Source: Felis catus (Eukaryota). Taken from it: 64,000 nt of DNA. Made by a program: the position numbers and the translations under genes. A model generated the notes under the pieces. That model was given only the letters and a program-made list of their open reading frames with translations. It did no database searches and was not told the DNA's origin. Shown here in pieces: positions 1 to 13,439 of the stretch; the first letter of the stretch is position 1, and each line of letters starts with the position of its first letter. The stretch covers positions 23,872,001 through 23,936,000 of the forward strand of contig NC_058369.1 of the NCBI RefSeq assembly GCF_018350175.1, written 5' to 3'.

Positions 1-974
1 ATATAATAAAGCAAGGTTTAGCAGTTATGACCCAATAGGGAGAAAAAAACACATGCACTCTACCCTAACATCGCACGCGCTAAGGAGAGGATTCAATGAT
101 CATAGTTGTTGAAACTAAGATATTTTAGGTAAAAAATTCAGTTTTCACATCTTTATGAGGAGGCAATTCAGCAGAGGCCTTGTTAAAAGTGGTGGCCTGC
201 AAGCAGAGACTTCAAAAAGCCTGCTGCCTGCAGAGCCATTTGGCCCGAGGGCTCTGCATATCCTCTTTCGGGTAAGAGCTTACTAGCTTGTCAACTCTGC
301 ATAAAAGACAGCCAATTTGTCAGCCATTTGCTTTAATTCTCTTTCCTAGTCTTCCTAACGATAAACTCCATACACCTTCTGGTCTTCAATATCATGTATC
401 CGACTGGAGGATGGAAATTCACTGGAGCCTCAGTCCGGTTTCCTTCCCAGGCGATCCTCCTGGGTCTTATAGGATGTCCTTAATCAGAACCACATCACTC
501 GGCTAGAGGAAGTCCTTGCACAGACGCTGGCAAGACACTAGGGCAAATTAGTTTCAGAACACGGAAGGTCAGATTGGGAATAAAAGCTGCAGTCATCTAT
601 TGTGTTTTCTTTAGTTGAGAAAATTAAGGCAGGGTGCCTGACTCTTAAGAAACAAAGATCTGGATAAGCAGTAGCCACTTAGGGAAGGAGTTCCCTTGAC
701 TGCTGACAACAATAGTCACTTGTGGGAATGGAAAGTCCTCAAATATTCCAGGTATTCTGAACGTGAGCAAGAATTTTCTCACTTTCTCCACATAAGTTTT
801 TATATGTCAACAGCACCCTAGACTGGTAAAATAACAATAGCCAAGTAAGGTATTACAAGTTTGGCGAAAAAATTATTGCCAACGAGGGGTGTGTATGTGT
901 TTGTGTGTGTACACATCTGTACATATATTACACATATTCTGTGCGTGTTAGAGAAATAAAGCTTACTTTAATAA

Positions 975-1235
975 TAATGACAATAATAATAGCCACCATT
1001 TATTGTGCTCTTACGTGACAAGCATATGGTAATAGGCACTTTTCATGAATTATTTCATTTACTCTCTCAACAAATTAGCATGGTAGAGATTATCTTTGTC
1101 CCTAATTTACAGATTAAGAAAAACAAAAATAGAAACAAAACACTGAGATCAGAAGGGTTCCTGCCACAAGTTTAGTCATAGAGCCCTAAGTTGATCCCAT
1201 GGGTGCTTGACTCCTGTGTTTTTAACCACCAAGGT
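975..1235 (-). mobile_element. MIR SINE
   Basis: Antisense MIR motifs (catttattgtgctct, aatttacagattaagaaaa, ttttaaccac). Confidence 0.7.
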
Positions 1236-2638
1236 GTGCTCAGCCCTGCAAATTCCCCTCACTTCCACGGAGATGAGTGCCCAAGCTGACTCTGAAAACA
1301 AAGTACAAATTTCCTGGGAAGCAGGGATGGGGGCCGTATTACTTCACCAGCACACAAGTGTGAGAGTTCTTCTGGAAAGGCTGGGCAGATGGAGGGAGGG
1401 GTGCGAGAAGAGGGAGAAGTTGTTGCAGAAATCTAAGACCTACTTCTCCACAATCTTGCCCAGGACCAGCCTGCCTGGGGAGGGGAGGCCCAGAGAACCA
1501 GAAGGACCAGGAGGCTTAATGGAAATCTGTCCCTCATCCAATTTCAAACTGGTAGCCTTCCCTCATCATGAATGGGTTTGCCCTGGAGATTTTGGGCAAG
1601 AAGCATTTCCAGTGTGCTTCTACCTTAACTAACACCACAGGGGCAGCTAACAATTACAAAAGGAATGAATTTTTTCATCAAACGTCCTTCCATAAAACCA
1701 TTTCCCAGGAAATGTAACACAGCATGGAGCTAGCCGACTGCAATTTTCCACCAACAATGAGCATCGTGGGGCACAGGTACTATATTTAAACGATTTTCCT
1801 CCAGCTTTTTGGCAAGGCTCTCTCTCAAGGAGACTTAGTTGGGCCGAGGTCTCATTCCCCTCCGGCCAGCAGGATTGGAATGTTTAATACGACCCTGTCT
1901 CTTCAACACCCATGTGTAAAATGCCAATAAACAAGCCGGCAAAGACCTGCAGGTCTAATTGCCTTTTAACTCCGCCAAGATGATAAACTCCCAGAGCAAG
2001 GAAGGAAAGACTCCCAGGGATTTAACAAGTTTATCTGCCTGCCACTTGAACATTTTCTGTCTGCCTACACTTCAGTGAATTCACCAATAAAAGGATAAAA
2101 GGGCCCCGAACCTCAGACTCCTCAATGGCCAAGAAGCTCCAGATTCAAAACGTATGCCCAGCAAAAATCAGCCGGTTAACTGAATTTTGTTTTATGTGTT
2201 TGTAAGATCTGGAGTAAGGAAAGTGGGACCTCTCGCCCATCTCTAGCACTGGCCATTTCCCTAATTTTATTGATCAAGGCCTCCAAATCTTCACCTGCAG
2301 CAAAGAAAACTGTCCTCACAGGGAAACTGGGAAAGAGGACTCTTTCAGAAACTTCGTACATTCAAGTTAAGGGACTGTACCCGCAGGGTAAAAGCCAGCT
2401 GAGCATCATCATGTCATTTCTACAAGCATGCTTTTCTTCTCTCCCTCCGTGCCCTGACTTTCAAGTTTAGCATTTTAGCTGTTTTTCTTGGTGTGCACCC
2501 TACCACCCAGAGGTAAAATTCTGAGAACTCTGTACCAATTAGAGTTAAATTGGAAAAGCAAAGTAAAACAAAACCAAAAGACTTGGGTGGGGGGTTGTAC
2601 AGCAAGGTGGTCCCATTCAAGACATAAAAGTAGGGTGA

Positions 2639-2736
2639 GGGGCACCTCAGTCAGTGGAGCATGTGACTTGATCTTGGGGTTGTGAGTTTGAGCCCCATGT
2701 TGGGTGTAGACATTACTTAAAAAAATCTTAAAAAAT
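2639..2736 (+). mobile_element. Short old Can-SINE (SINEC_old-like)
   Basis: ggggcacc...gtgagtttgagccccatgttgggtgtaga...A-tail; perfect 14-bp TSD taaaagtagggtga at 2625-2638 and 2737-2750. Confidence 0.9.
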
Positions 2737-2829
2737 TAAAAGTAGGGTGAATGGACATTGCTTCTCTAAGAGGTTACTTCACAATATGTATCCATGCAGA
2801 TGTGGACCTTCCCTTTTACGAATATATTA

Positions 2830-3220
2830 AAAAAAATTATTGGACACATGCATAAAGGTAAAACCCAAAGTGCTACATCATTCTAATAGGAAACATTTAA
2901 AAAGCGCTAAGTGTTCATTGTTAAGGACTAGTTAAATAACACAAAATTCTATCATTAAAATGATGCTGTAGGTATATATCCATTAATGTGGAAACATGTC
3001 CGACACACAATGTTAAGTTCAAAAAGCAAGTTATAAAAACATTTACAATATGATTTCTTTCTTCTTTTTTTAAGAGGCTAGATACAGAAAAAAAAGACTG
3101 GGAAGACACATTATGTCACCAAAATGTTAGTATTTCTGGACAATGGAATTCTTTTGCAAAGACTTCTGAATTATTTGAAATCTTTCATAATAAAAAGGCA
3201 TTGCCTTTAAAATCAGTTTT
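2830..3220 (+). mobile_element. Old L1 (L1M-type) 3' fragment
   Basis: L1 3' motifs such as gactagttaaataa, aaaaagcaagttataaaaca, ccaaaatgttag. Confidence 0.6.
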
Positions 3221-5919
3221 AAAGCACTGAAGCCAAACAATAAAACATCCCACTACCAGCACCACTGGATCAATAGGAAGACAATCACATCTGAAATAAC
3301 TTACGGAAAGATCCAGCTTTCCCTCCTCAAGGAGATATGAGTAAAGAACATTAAAGGATTTGGTCTTGATTTATCGGCACATATAATTGTTGTTCAAGTG
3401 TATTCTCCAACGAGATGAAAATGAATGGCAAACCACAAGTGGGCTCCAACCCCCAGAGGGCCTATTTCCCAGGGGGCCCACGCTTGTCTCGTCAGCGTAC
3501 AAACACTGAGAGCTCCTCTATTATGCTGACCCGTTCCACTCAATAAAACAAGAGGAGCTCTAGTGTAGGTGCTTGCCAAATGAAAAATCTGAAGCACTAT
3601 TTTTCTATTAAAATCTCATCCATGTTTTTCCTATTGGAACCTGGAAACTGGACAAATTCTGAAGGAATCCAAAGGAATTTCTTTAGAAAAGAATTCTGTT
3701 AACACCAAAAGCTCCCCAAGCACTACACCAAGCAAATGCTAGGTTGCATTATGCTGAAATGTAAAAGCAGGGGTTCAAACCCAAAATGATGTGTCCTTCG
3801 CACCAGGCTTTGTGTATATCAGAGCTTATGCGTTTGTACACTTATCCTCGTATGTTTCTGCACCTCCCCTCCTTTATAATTTCATAATCAGTTCCAGATT
3901 TCCTATTTCTTCCACATTGTAAAGCATGGAATTTTGGATCTGGAAGATGCAAGGCTTAAAGGTATAGAAGTACAGTGGAAAGTATGATAAAAATAAAACT
4001 AAAATTGAAGTGTTGTTTCATACCCACTGAGAAGTAAGGAATTGAGTGTATGTCTCAGGGTCCATTTGACCCCTCAGAAACAGAACATGCACATGTGCAA
4101 GAATTTCACGTGCAAAATGGACCCTTTGGTTGGGACCCTTTGGATGGAGGAAGCTCTGGGAAGCAAAAAGGGTTTGTCCATGCTATAATACATCAGTGAC
4201 AGGTAAGACTGCCAAAGCATTGTAATGCCACTCTCGAAATTCAGAACTCTGTCCCTGGCAGCCAAAAGACCAGGTTAATCTAGGATAAACTTCATCTCTG
4301 GAGTTCAAAGACAACTGGCCTCTCTATGGGTTTCAATTGGAGGCTTCTTTGAAGGATCGTTCTCAAATTCATTAAAGAATTTTCACTGACTTCACAGACT
4401 TTGGCATTAAATAGATAACTTGAGCTCTTCATTGCCCAGCAAAATGACTGTTCACCTTTGAAGCTCTGCAAATTGGGATTAAGTTGGCTGTTTACCTTTT
4501 ACCTCAAAGATGACTCCTCCACTCCATTGATCACTGAGTCCAGGGCAATCACCCGGTTGATCAATGATATCAAATTTATCTCTATAATGTGTCTTTTCAA
4601 AAACACACATCCTCTCATGGGATGGTTTTGTTATGATTTTTGCTTCACATGTAATAGGACTGCTTGATATCAGTGCTTTCTCTTCATAGAAAACTTCAGG
4701 AAATACATTATGTTTTAAAACCCAAGTTTAATTTTCAACTAACTTGAACGATCCGTGGAATTTTTAGATGCATGCATTCATTTTAGAATTCTGCCTTGAA
4801 TTTCACCTACTCAAATGCCGTAGAGGCTGAGGCATCTCATCAGATCCTGGTGTGCTCTTTGGTGCTGCATTTACTTGCTTTTCAGAATGACTCTGCACAT
4901 TCCAAAGAGGGCTCAGCATAAACACATACACCAACCAGCCTTCAGCTTACACCCTCTAACTCCACCGTCTGCTTCCTGCACACCCCATAATCTAAAACAT
5001 CTCTTCTTCGCAGGTATATGGTCTTGGATTTGTCACGGTGAACGCGAGACTTTACAAGGCCAATAAAATGACAGCTGCACAGAGGGGACGGGGTGGCTTT
5101 TTACCGACTCTGAAACACCACTGCCTTTAACTCCCAGGGATCAGGAACTTGAAAGCAGTCTGATTCACTTAGCTCTGTGTTTGTCATAAAGTTAAGGCTA
5201 ATCAGATTTCCCCCAACTTGCAGCCCTATCTTAAATCCACCAAGCTTCTCCTATGCAAACTTAACTGATGGAAGATGTGATTATGCCTTCTCAGGTCATA
5301 AATTCTAGATATTTATAACATAACTGTTGTCATTTAGGTCAATTAAGATGCTTTTACTGGCTCAGAGCAACTACCTATGGGGCTTGTCCAATACCCTGAC
5401 AGTGGTTTATGACCCTTAGGGTGATTTTATCTCATAGGGATATGAAAGATGGATGCATGTGAAAATGGTCAGGAGGCTCTTGAAGAATTTTCCCCATACT
5501 GTGATCGTGCCCATTTCCACCCTGTTCCTGGAAGCTCAGACCCCTTCCTTATCCATAAAGACCACTCTCTGACTCTAAAAGTTCCCCTACAGTTGGCTTC
5601 TTTGATCACCTTTTCTCTCCCAAAGACCAGAGAGGGAGATAACACCTCCTGAGACACTCTATGATAAAACTCCCAAGTGGTGGGCTGGCCAAACACCCCT
5701 CTGGGAAATGCCAGACTTTTCCACATACATAAAATGTCCCTGAAGACTAGTGTGTTTGACTTTTCACATGGGGCCATCTGCTCCCTCATGAAAGGCAGGA
5801 TAGGATGGCAACAAAGAAAGAATGGAATATATTTGGGGATTTCATGTAGATAGGTTTCAGCTTCTCCCTCTCCACTGTGAAATATCACTCATCTTCCCTT
5901 GGGGCTTCTATTTTCAACA

Positions 5920-6350
5920 AGGCCTCTGGGTACCCACTATATTTCAGGCACTGTGCTGGGTGATGCGGAGATCAAGAAACTCTGAGGCTGGAGACACCAG
6001 TACATTAATAATTATAATACAAAGTGTTAACAGGTCATGCACAGCAAATTCTAGGAAGCAGCGAGAAGTGGCATTTCCACTTTTTTAGGGGAGGGAGATG
6101 GTCAGGGAAGGTTCCTTGGGGAAAAGAATTCCTTGTCTGAAGCTTAGAAATGTAGGGAGACAGCTAGACCAAATGGGGGAGAAGGAAGAGCCTTACCAGC
6201 AAGGAGAGCAGCAGCCAAGACATGGATTTGAGGAGGGCAGAGGATGTGTGAGAACGCCAAGTGGGTCAGCGTTCCAGAGCATCACGTGCCCAATGGGCAG
6301 TAGTGAGAGCCGAGACTAGGAGGCAAAACCAGGACAGGACACTGTGGGGT
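5920..6350 (-). mobile_element. L2 fragment
   Basis: Antisense L2 3' end (cccactatatttcaggcactgtgctggg...ggtcagggaagg). Confidence 0.65.
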
Positions 6351-7479
6351 TTGTACTAGCATCACGTAGGATCACCGTTCTTGTTCAAAGGAGACCTGAT
6401 AAAATGGCTCCCTTTTCCCAAAACCAGCTAGAAGTCGTTGAGTGAGAATGATTTCTTTTTCTTACCCAAATCTATGTTCTCCTTCAGCATCAACAGCTGC
6501 CATTGTAACATCCCCCAATCTAACTCGACCAAGTTAACTCTTTGAAACTCTAGTCACACCGCTTTTGGTGGAAACCACTTTGCTTTTGATTACCATTCCA
6601 ACTTCCGTTTGTAGAATCCAGGGAAAACATCCAACATTCTACCTTGTAAACATATACTAAGTGCTGATTCCATTCAAGGCACTGTCTTGGGGATGAGTCA
6701 GAGATGTGGTGGGGGAGGTGTTACCCCAGCATACAGTATGATTTTGAGGTACACAGTGACACGCCCTGGATCTTAGAATTTAAAGGTCTTTTATTAACGT
6801 GATTTTTTCTTGCATTTCTGATGATAATAATTTGGTTGGATTTAGAAAAAAAAAAAATCCCCAAAAGCACAACACTTACTAGGCAAAAGGAGAGCACTAA
6901 AGTGGAAAACATGTTAGAGCAACAACATTTGCAAATTTGCTGTATGGGAAAATGCAAGCTACCAGCAATTTCCCAAAATTAGCTGCTTAAATGTACTACA
7001 GAGATCCAGGGTCAGAAATGACAGTGTCACAAATTTCTCACAACAAAACTGTACTTCATTTTCAAGAGTTTTATGGAAGTTTTTGTTGCTGTTAAAAAGT
7101 TAAAGTACTCAACGTTGTTTGTTTGTTTATATTCTACCTTGTTCCCAAAAGGATTAAAGCATTTAATGCCAAATAGAAAAGGCTCTTATTACTGGAGAAG
7201 GGGAATGAGGGCTTGAGTTACACCCACCATGCAAAGGTCAGGTTAGCTCCAAGTGGGATTGGAGAGTGCCGATAAAACTCAGAAAACTTTTCTAAAACTT
7301 AGCACACAATCTCCAGCTGCTGAGTGACAGGGGAGGGGAGAGGCTGAGAACCCAGTTCTAGAGGGAGTCTGAGAACCATGAGCTGCATAAAATCCCAAAC
7401 AAAAAGTTCACACTCTGTCATTTGTTCTCTAGGTCTGGAAGTGTATTGACATGTATTTGGCCCATCAGACAGTGTAAGG

Positions 7480-7705
7480 GGCACAGTGCAGCATGGAGGC
7501 CCTGGATTCACTGCCTAGCTTGCAAAATGGTTTTAACACCTGAGCAAGTCACCTAATATCTCAGTCCCTCAGTTTCTTCACCTGAAAATGATGCTACCAG
7601 CAGTCTTTACCTCAGAGGACTGTTGTGAAGATTACAAGAATTAATACATGTAAACAGTGCCTGGTGCATATTAAGTGGTCAAAACTGTTAGCTACAATTA
7701 CTATT
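7480..7705 (+). mobile_element. MIR SINE
   Basis: ctgagcaagtcacctaatatctcagtccctcagtttcttcacctgaaaatg...gttgtgaagatt. Confidence 0.8.
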
Positions 7706-8370
7706 GTCTAGTCCTCTGTTAAGCACAGCGAGAACAAGAGAAATAAAGACCATTGCTTTGCCATAAGGAACTTCTAGTCTAGCTGGAGACAAGAAGGCCG
7801 TAGGGGAAATTACAGTGATCAAAAAAAGGGAATCCTGGGGAAAACTGAGTTAGGATATTCTAAGAGCCTCAGGAGGTCAGGAAAAAGAGAGATAATGACA
7901 TTTTCAAAAATTTTCAGGAGGCTTAAAGGATTATATCTAGGCTGAATCCAATAGGTAGGATTCAGACAGAAAATAGGGCATTTCAGACAATGGCAAACAA
8001 TACTCAAGAAGACATGGAAAGAAAAATGAACACTATATATTTTTAGAAGAGGAAAAAATATCTCATTATCTGGGAGTGGTGGAAAATTCATAAAAACTTC
8101 CCCAGGGGACCCATTTGGGAGGAATATGAGGACTGAGTAGAGGTAGTTGAACCTAATGTGGTTGGAAACAAGAGGAACTGGCAATCTTTCATCATGGGAG
8201 GGGCACAGAGAAAGTGTTTCAGGAAGGTGAACCTGGCTGAGGCACTCAGGTTGGATGGGCTAGGAAAGTTCTGAGTCAGGGAGGCCACCAAGAGGCCACG
8301 GGAAGGGTGAGGTCCCGTGGCAGAGGACAGACAGGAAGTGGAGCATGATAGAGGCACTCTGGTCAGTGAC
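7706..8370 (-). mobile_element. L2 fragment
   Basis: Purine-rich antisense L2 pattern (cataaggaacttctagtctagctggag...tttcaggaaggtgaacctggc). Confidence 0.55.
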
Positions 8371-10054
8371 TAGGCATCTGGACATGAGGTCTAAATGCCC
8401 TGGATACAGAATCCCATAGGATGGGTTTGAGGCCCAGCTCTGCCACTCAGCAGCCCTGAGCCCAGGGGACAGACTCTTTGTTAAGTTCAGCTTCCTCCCT
8501 TGCAAAATAGAAGCACAAATGCTTACTTCCTAAGGACGAAATCTACTTAGCATGACACCTTGCTCATCCTAAAGTGGTAAAAAAAAAAAGTAACCATTTA
8601 TTTGGTGTTGGTATGATAAAGAAGGAATTAAAAACAAGAGGCAAGAAAACAGAGGTTCTACACCCAGTCCCTAAGCCACTGAAGGAGACACAGCCTTGGT
8701 TACTTTCTGGCTTGTTCTTCAGGAGACCTCATTAACATTTAACATCATCCATTTAATGCCTCATAGACAAACAGAAGTGTCAGTATGGATGGAGAGTCGT
8801 GTACTCTTTAATAATAAAGATACTAATAAAGTATCCCCTTTATTACATACCTAACTCATTTCCATCTCACCATGGAAACCAAGTCTTCCCAAAAACATGA
8901 GGCCAAAGGCAAATGGTGATAACTTTATTTCATTTAAAAGAAATGGTTTAAGATGAAAAAAAAGGGGGGGGGGCGGTAAGGGGTAAGTACCTTGCACTTT
9001 ATTTCATAAGAAAAGGGAGGAAAAAAGATGACACATTGTACCAGTGATTACCTGCCCATTTTAAGCCCTGTCAGCAGCACAAAGACTTAAAGCAAAGCTA
9101 AATCCAGGCACATTATTCCTTTAAGCCCTTGTGATAACTCAAGGGGACTGAAAGGCAGGTCTGTGTTTCTACAGGAGGCTTGTGGTGGGTTCAGAAACTT
9201 TTAGAGAAGTGCCCTATTATCTCAGGTAGGTGTGTTCTGAAGAATTTAAACTGAATGTACTTTTGTTTTAGTTCCCAAGAAATGTTCCTCATCCACCTAA
9301 CTTTCCCAAAGTCCATCTTGCACAATGCAAATTGCAGAGGTAAGCTGTGCTTGACTTAATAAGTCTGGAATGAATAGCTAAGGAAGTGGATAACACAAGG
9401 AAATTCTTCATCAGCATGCCTTTTTGACCCTTGCAGAACTGTCCTTGATGGCTCCGAGCATGCAAGCATTTACTTCCATATTGGGCTGTGCGATATTTGT
9501 AGACAAAGTTTTGAGAAAAGCCACAAAAATCAAAGGACATCAGGCAAAATGACTTGCTGCTGATCACTGCTGATGGTCAGCTCTGGTGGTCACCAGTGTA
9601 AGGACTTTAGACCCTTCAAGAAATCAGCAGGAGGCAAATGATGGAGTAATTTCCCCAAGTCTGCTAAAGATATTCACTGAGGAATGGCCCCTCCAATCCA
9701 TACACCCTCCTAGAGTATAAAATGCCTGAGCAATTATCCTTTCTTCCATCTTTTACACATGTAACTGACTAATATTATGACACAAATGCACTTTTACTAC
9801 TCAGCTGGCTTTCTTACTGAATATAGCCAAAGCCAGTGATGACTCTGATTACAGAAGAAAATAAATGGCTTCTCACGGTCCTTTGGATAAGGTGGCATTG
9901 GAAAAGTAACTTCTACCAGATGCATGGTACAGAAGAATTGCTCCTGCTGACCAAAGACATAAAACCAAAAGAAAAATCCTTTTAGCTACCACAGACGGTC
10001 CACAAGCACGCATAACTTATCTGTGCATAAGAGCACAGTTTGTACAGTCTCTTG

Positions 10055-10313
10055 GACCTGGAGTTCTGTTCAACACATGAGAACCATGTGACCTCTGGGC
10101 AAGTAACAACATCTCTGAGTTGCAGTTCCTAGCCTTTAAAAGGAAGTCAATATTGGGGTGTCTGGGTGGCTCAGTCAGTTAAGTGTCCAACTCTTGGTTG
10201 GGTCATGATCTCGCGGTTCGTGGGTTTGAGCCCACTGCTGTGCTGACAGTATAGAGATTGCTTGGGATTTTCTCGCTCTCCCTCTCTCTCTGCCCCTCCC
10301 CTGCTCACTCACC

Positions 10314-10387
<74 letters not shown>

Positions 10388-10530
10388 ACTAAATAAAATA
10401 AACATTAAAACAGGAAGTCCATATCTACCTACCTCATAGGACATTATGCATGTCAAATAGACTAATGCGTATAAAGCAGTTAGATTATGCCTGACATGTG
10501 AGAATTATTCTATAAATATCAGCTATTGCT
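10055..10530 (+). mobile_element. MIR SINE split by a Can-SINE insertion
   Basis: MIR core tgtgacctctgggcaagtaac before, and ctacctcataggac...tgcctgacatg after, the SINE at 10155. Confidence 0.75.
10155..10411 (+). mobile_element. Can-SINE (SINEC_Fc-type) with expanded (CA)n(CT)n tract
   Basis: ggggtgtctgggtggctcagtcagttaag head, CA/CT tract 10316-10384, A-rich tail; TSD aggaagtc(a/c)atat at 10141-10153 and 10412-10424. Confidence 0.93.
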
Positions 10531-10785
10531 ACTAATATAAAATCAAGAAAAGCACAACCTCTACCCCCACTGGACAGTGTTATTATTCAGGGCTACGAGT
10601 AGATTCTTTTCAGTGGAGAAACTGTCCCTAAATGAGATAGGAACAAATCATAATTTGGCTTCCTCTCCATAATACTGTTGAGTCAACTGCTTCTCCACCA
10701 ATTTCCCTTTTCTCTGGGTCTATTTAACAACCATCATTGGTAGAGCAAATCAGACTGGTCATATAAGTGATTTGATATTGTCACT

Positions 10786-10788
<3 letters not shown>

Positions 10789-10825
<37 letters not shown>

Positions 10826-11057
10826 AATTCTTAAATGTTTATTTATTGTTGAGAGAGAGCGAGAGAGAGCGAGAGAGAGAGAGAGAATGAGTGGGAGAGG
10901 GGCAGAGGGAGAGGGAGAGGGAGACACAGAACCTGAAGCAGGGTCCAGCCTCCGAGCTGTCGGCACAGAGCGCAATGCAGGGCTCAAACTCATGATCTGT
11001 GAGATCATGACCTGAGCCGAATTCGGAGGCTTCATGGACTGAGCCACCCAGGAGCCC
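10789..11057 (-). mobile_element. Can-SINE (SINEC_Fc-type) with (TTTA)n tail
   Basis: Ends actgagccacccaggagccc; TSD tgatatt(g/a)tcacttta at 10773-10788 and 11058-11073. Confidence 0.95.
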
Positions 11058-11674
11058 TGATATTATCACTTTAATACTTGGAAGCTATAAATGTGCAGAC
11101 AAGATTAGTGGGAGGATGGGTGATTTAGAGTCTGGAGTAATGGGACCATGGAACTGCCTAGACCCTTAGAAACCTTTTAGTTTAACTGTTTCAGGGTATA
11201 GATAGCAAGAAAGTGTCTTGCCTTGAGCCATAGGACGTGGAAGGGACAGAGGAAGGACTAACATTCTCAGTCTAGGACTTTCTGGCCATTTCCACTTTTA
11301 ATTCAAGACATTAGCTGTTCCGTGGAGTTTTAGTAGAACTTGAATATAAAATTATCTTGACTTGATTTGGTGAGGAGGAAGGAGGTAGGGTCATAGTTTA
11401 GCTATGGATTCAGTCCCTTCAATGGTTACTAATATATCCAGGCTTGCTTCTATTTTATTTTGAATCAGTTTGGAAATGTTTATTTTCTTCCAGGAAATTT
11501 CTTATTGTATCTGGCTTTTCAAATACATCAGCACTAAATTACTCATAATACCTTTTATGATAATAAAAAAAGTCCCTACTCTGAGGTCATGTCCCTATTT
11601 TTCTTCCTAATGCAGCATTTTGTATCTTCTTTTTTTTCTCTCTCTTATTTACCCTGGATTAAGGTTAGACTATA

Positions 11675-11907
11675 GAAGAGATGTTCAACTCAATTTTCTG
11701 CCACAATGGAAATCTTCCATTATGTGCTCTGTACAATATGGAAAGATCTGCACTACCCAATACTGTGGCACTAGCCACTAGCTCAGTGTGGTTATTGAGC
11801 CCTTGAAACATGACTAGTGTGACTGAGGAAATGATGTAAAACTTTATTTAATTTTAATTAATTTAAATTTAAATAGTCACATGTGGCTAGTGATTACCAT
11901 ATTAGAC
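11675..11907 (+). mobile_element. MER3-like hAT-Charlie MITE inside an antisense L1 relic (about 11420-12110)
   Basis: ctagccac...ttattgagcccttgaaacatgactagtgtgactgaggaa...aatttaaatttaaatagtcacatgtggctagtg. Confidence 0.8.
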
Positions 11908-12886
11908 TCTTTCTTTCTCTCTCTCTCTCTGTGTCTCTCTCTCCCTCTCTCTCTATATATGTATAATCTTTTCAAAGATTTAGCTTTTATTTTTGTGGAT
12001 CATTTCTTCTTATTGTTGTTGATATTTTCTATTTTATATACATATGCCTTTGACTTTTTAAAAAATTTCCTTCCTTTTTACTTATGTTTACTCTGACTTT
12101 TTTTTTTTTTAGTCTGACTGTCATCAGCCAAGAAACAGACCTATGCAGGGTTCTACTGAGGCCTGAATTCCTTCTTCTTTGGATTCAAGTCCCAGAGGCT
12201 TAGTAGGAAAGGTCTGCACAAAGGTGACTGAAGAGAGAAGATGAAAAGCTGAAGGCCTCTCAGATGAAAGCCAAGCCAGAAACCTGGCTGTTAAGAATAT
12301 TTTCTCTCCTCCAAAAAATGAATTAGTTGAATCCAATGTGACACTCAAAGGAAAATCAAAATGCTTGAAGAGCAGGTTGTGGACTTGAACTCCCATGTAA
12401 CTGGATTCCTCCTTGGGACTTATGGCTCTGACACATGATACTCTATAGAGAGGGTCCTGTTAGCCTTACTGAAATCTGGACACCATGGGCCTTTTTTATA
12501 TGGGGAATTTTAAGATAAACGGAGTTGAGAACTAGGAGCTTACTTATCCAGGGATTTCTGCCATTTGGGACTATGAACTAGGGGCTGAAGCAGCAGGGGA
12601 AAAAAAAAAAAAGCACATGAACTACTGTGAAGGGACAAAAGGGACTCCCTCCTTTTACCTGGAGGGAGTCAGTCTCCAAGCTTGAAGATGAGAACCATCC
12701 TCCAAAAAACAAGAAATAATTACACTTCTAGTGCCCCAGGCCTTGCTGCCAAAATGCAATATATATCGTGAAGCTTGATGCCAGAAGGGATGCCAGGGCC
12801 ATGAGGTGATGGGGAGGCCGAGTCTCCCAGAGATGGTCAGAAGCCACTGAGTGATGAACTCTGGAAAGCTAGGCTGCTTTTGCTTT

Positions 12887-13119
12887 TTTTTTTTTTTTAA
12901 TTAATTAATTTTTTTTTTCAACGTTTATTTATTTTTGGGACAGAGAGAGACAGAGCATGAACGGGGGAGGGGCAGAGAGAGAGGGAGACACAGAATCGGA
13001 AACAGGCTCCAGGCTCCGAGCCATCAGCCCAGAGCCCGACGCGGGGCTCGAACTCACGGACCACGAGATCGTGACCTGGCTGAAGTCGGAAGCTCAACCG
13101 ACTGCGCCACAGGCGCCCC
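12887..13119 (-). mobile_element. Young feline SINE (SINEC_Fc-type)
   Basis: Near-consensus and CpG-intact (gagcccgacgcggggctcgaactcacgg); perfect 17-bp TSD taggctgcttttgcttt at 12870-12886 and 13120-13136. Confidence 0.97.
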
Positions 13120-13439
13120 TAGGCTGCTTTTGCTTTGATGCCTGGGGATAGTAGGAAGGGGAGAAGCTTACCCCAAAGGGGCCATAAAATGCCAGAAATA
13201 GAGGGAATGAACCTGAAATGCTGAAACTTATGGTGAACTGGAGAGTACTTCGGGTAAAGTTAGCCTATGATTTTGAGTTTTCCTGTTGATTTTACTAGAG
13301 TTATTCAAGGTTTCTTATAATATTCATTGCTTCTTGCAACTTTGGGATTGTATTCTAAATTTCGAAAGAATCCCAAATGCTTACATTATGTAATTATATG
13401 TAGAGAGCTACAGATTAAGGTATTAGCTGTTCCCTGATA

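Noticed and set aside
2176..2297. Exon-like segment: acceptor gttttctttgctgcag| then GEDLEALINKIREMASARDGREVPLSLLQILQTHKTKFS*
   Set aside because: Needs a phase-1 junction, but the ERC2 junction before the IWA exon is phase 0, where it reads VKIWRP*. No family resemblance recognised. The abutting GTGAAG is a weak donor.
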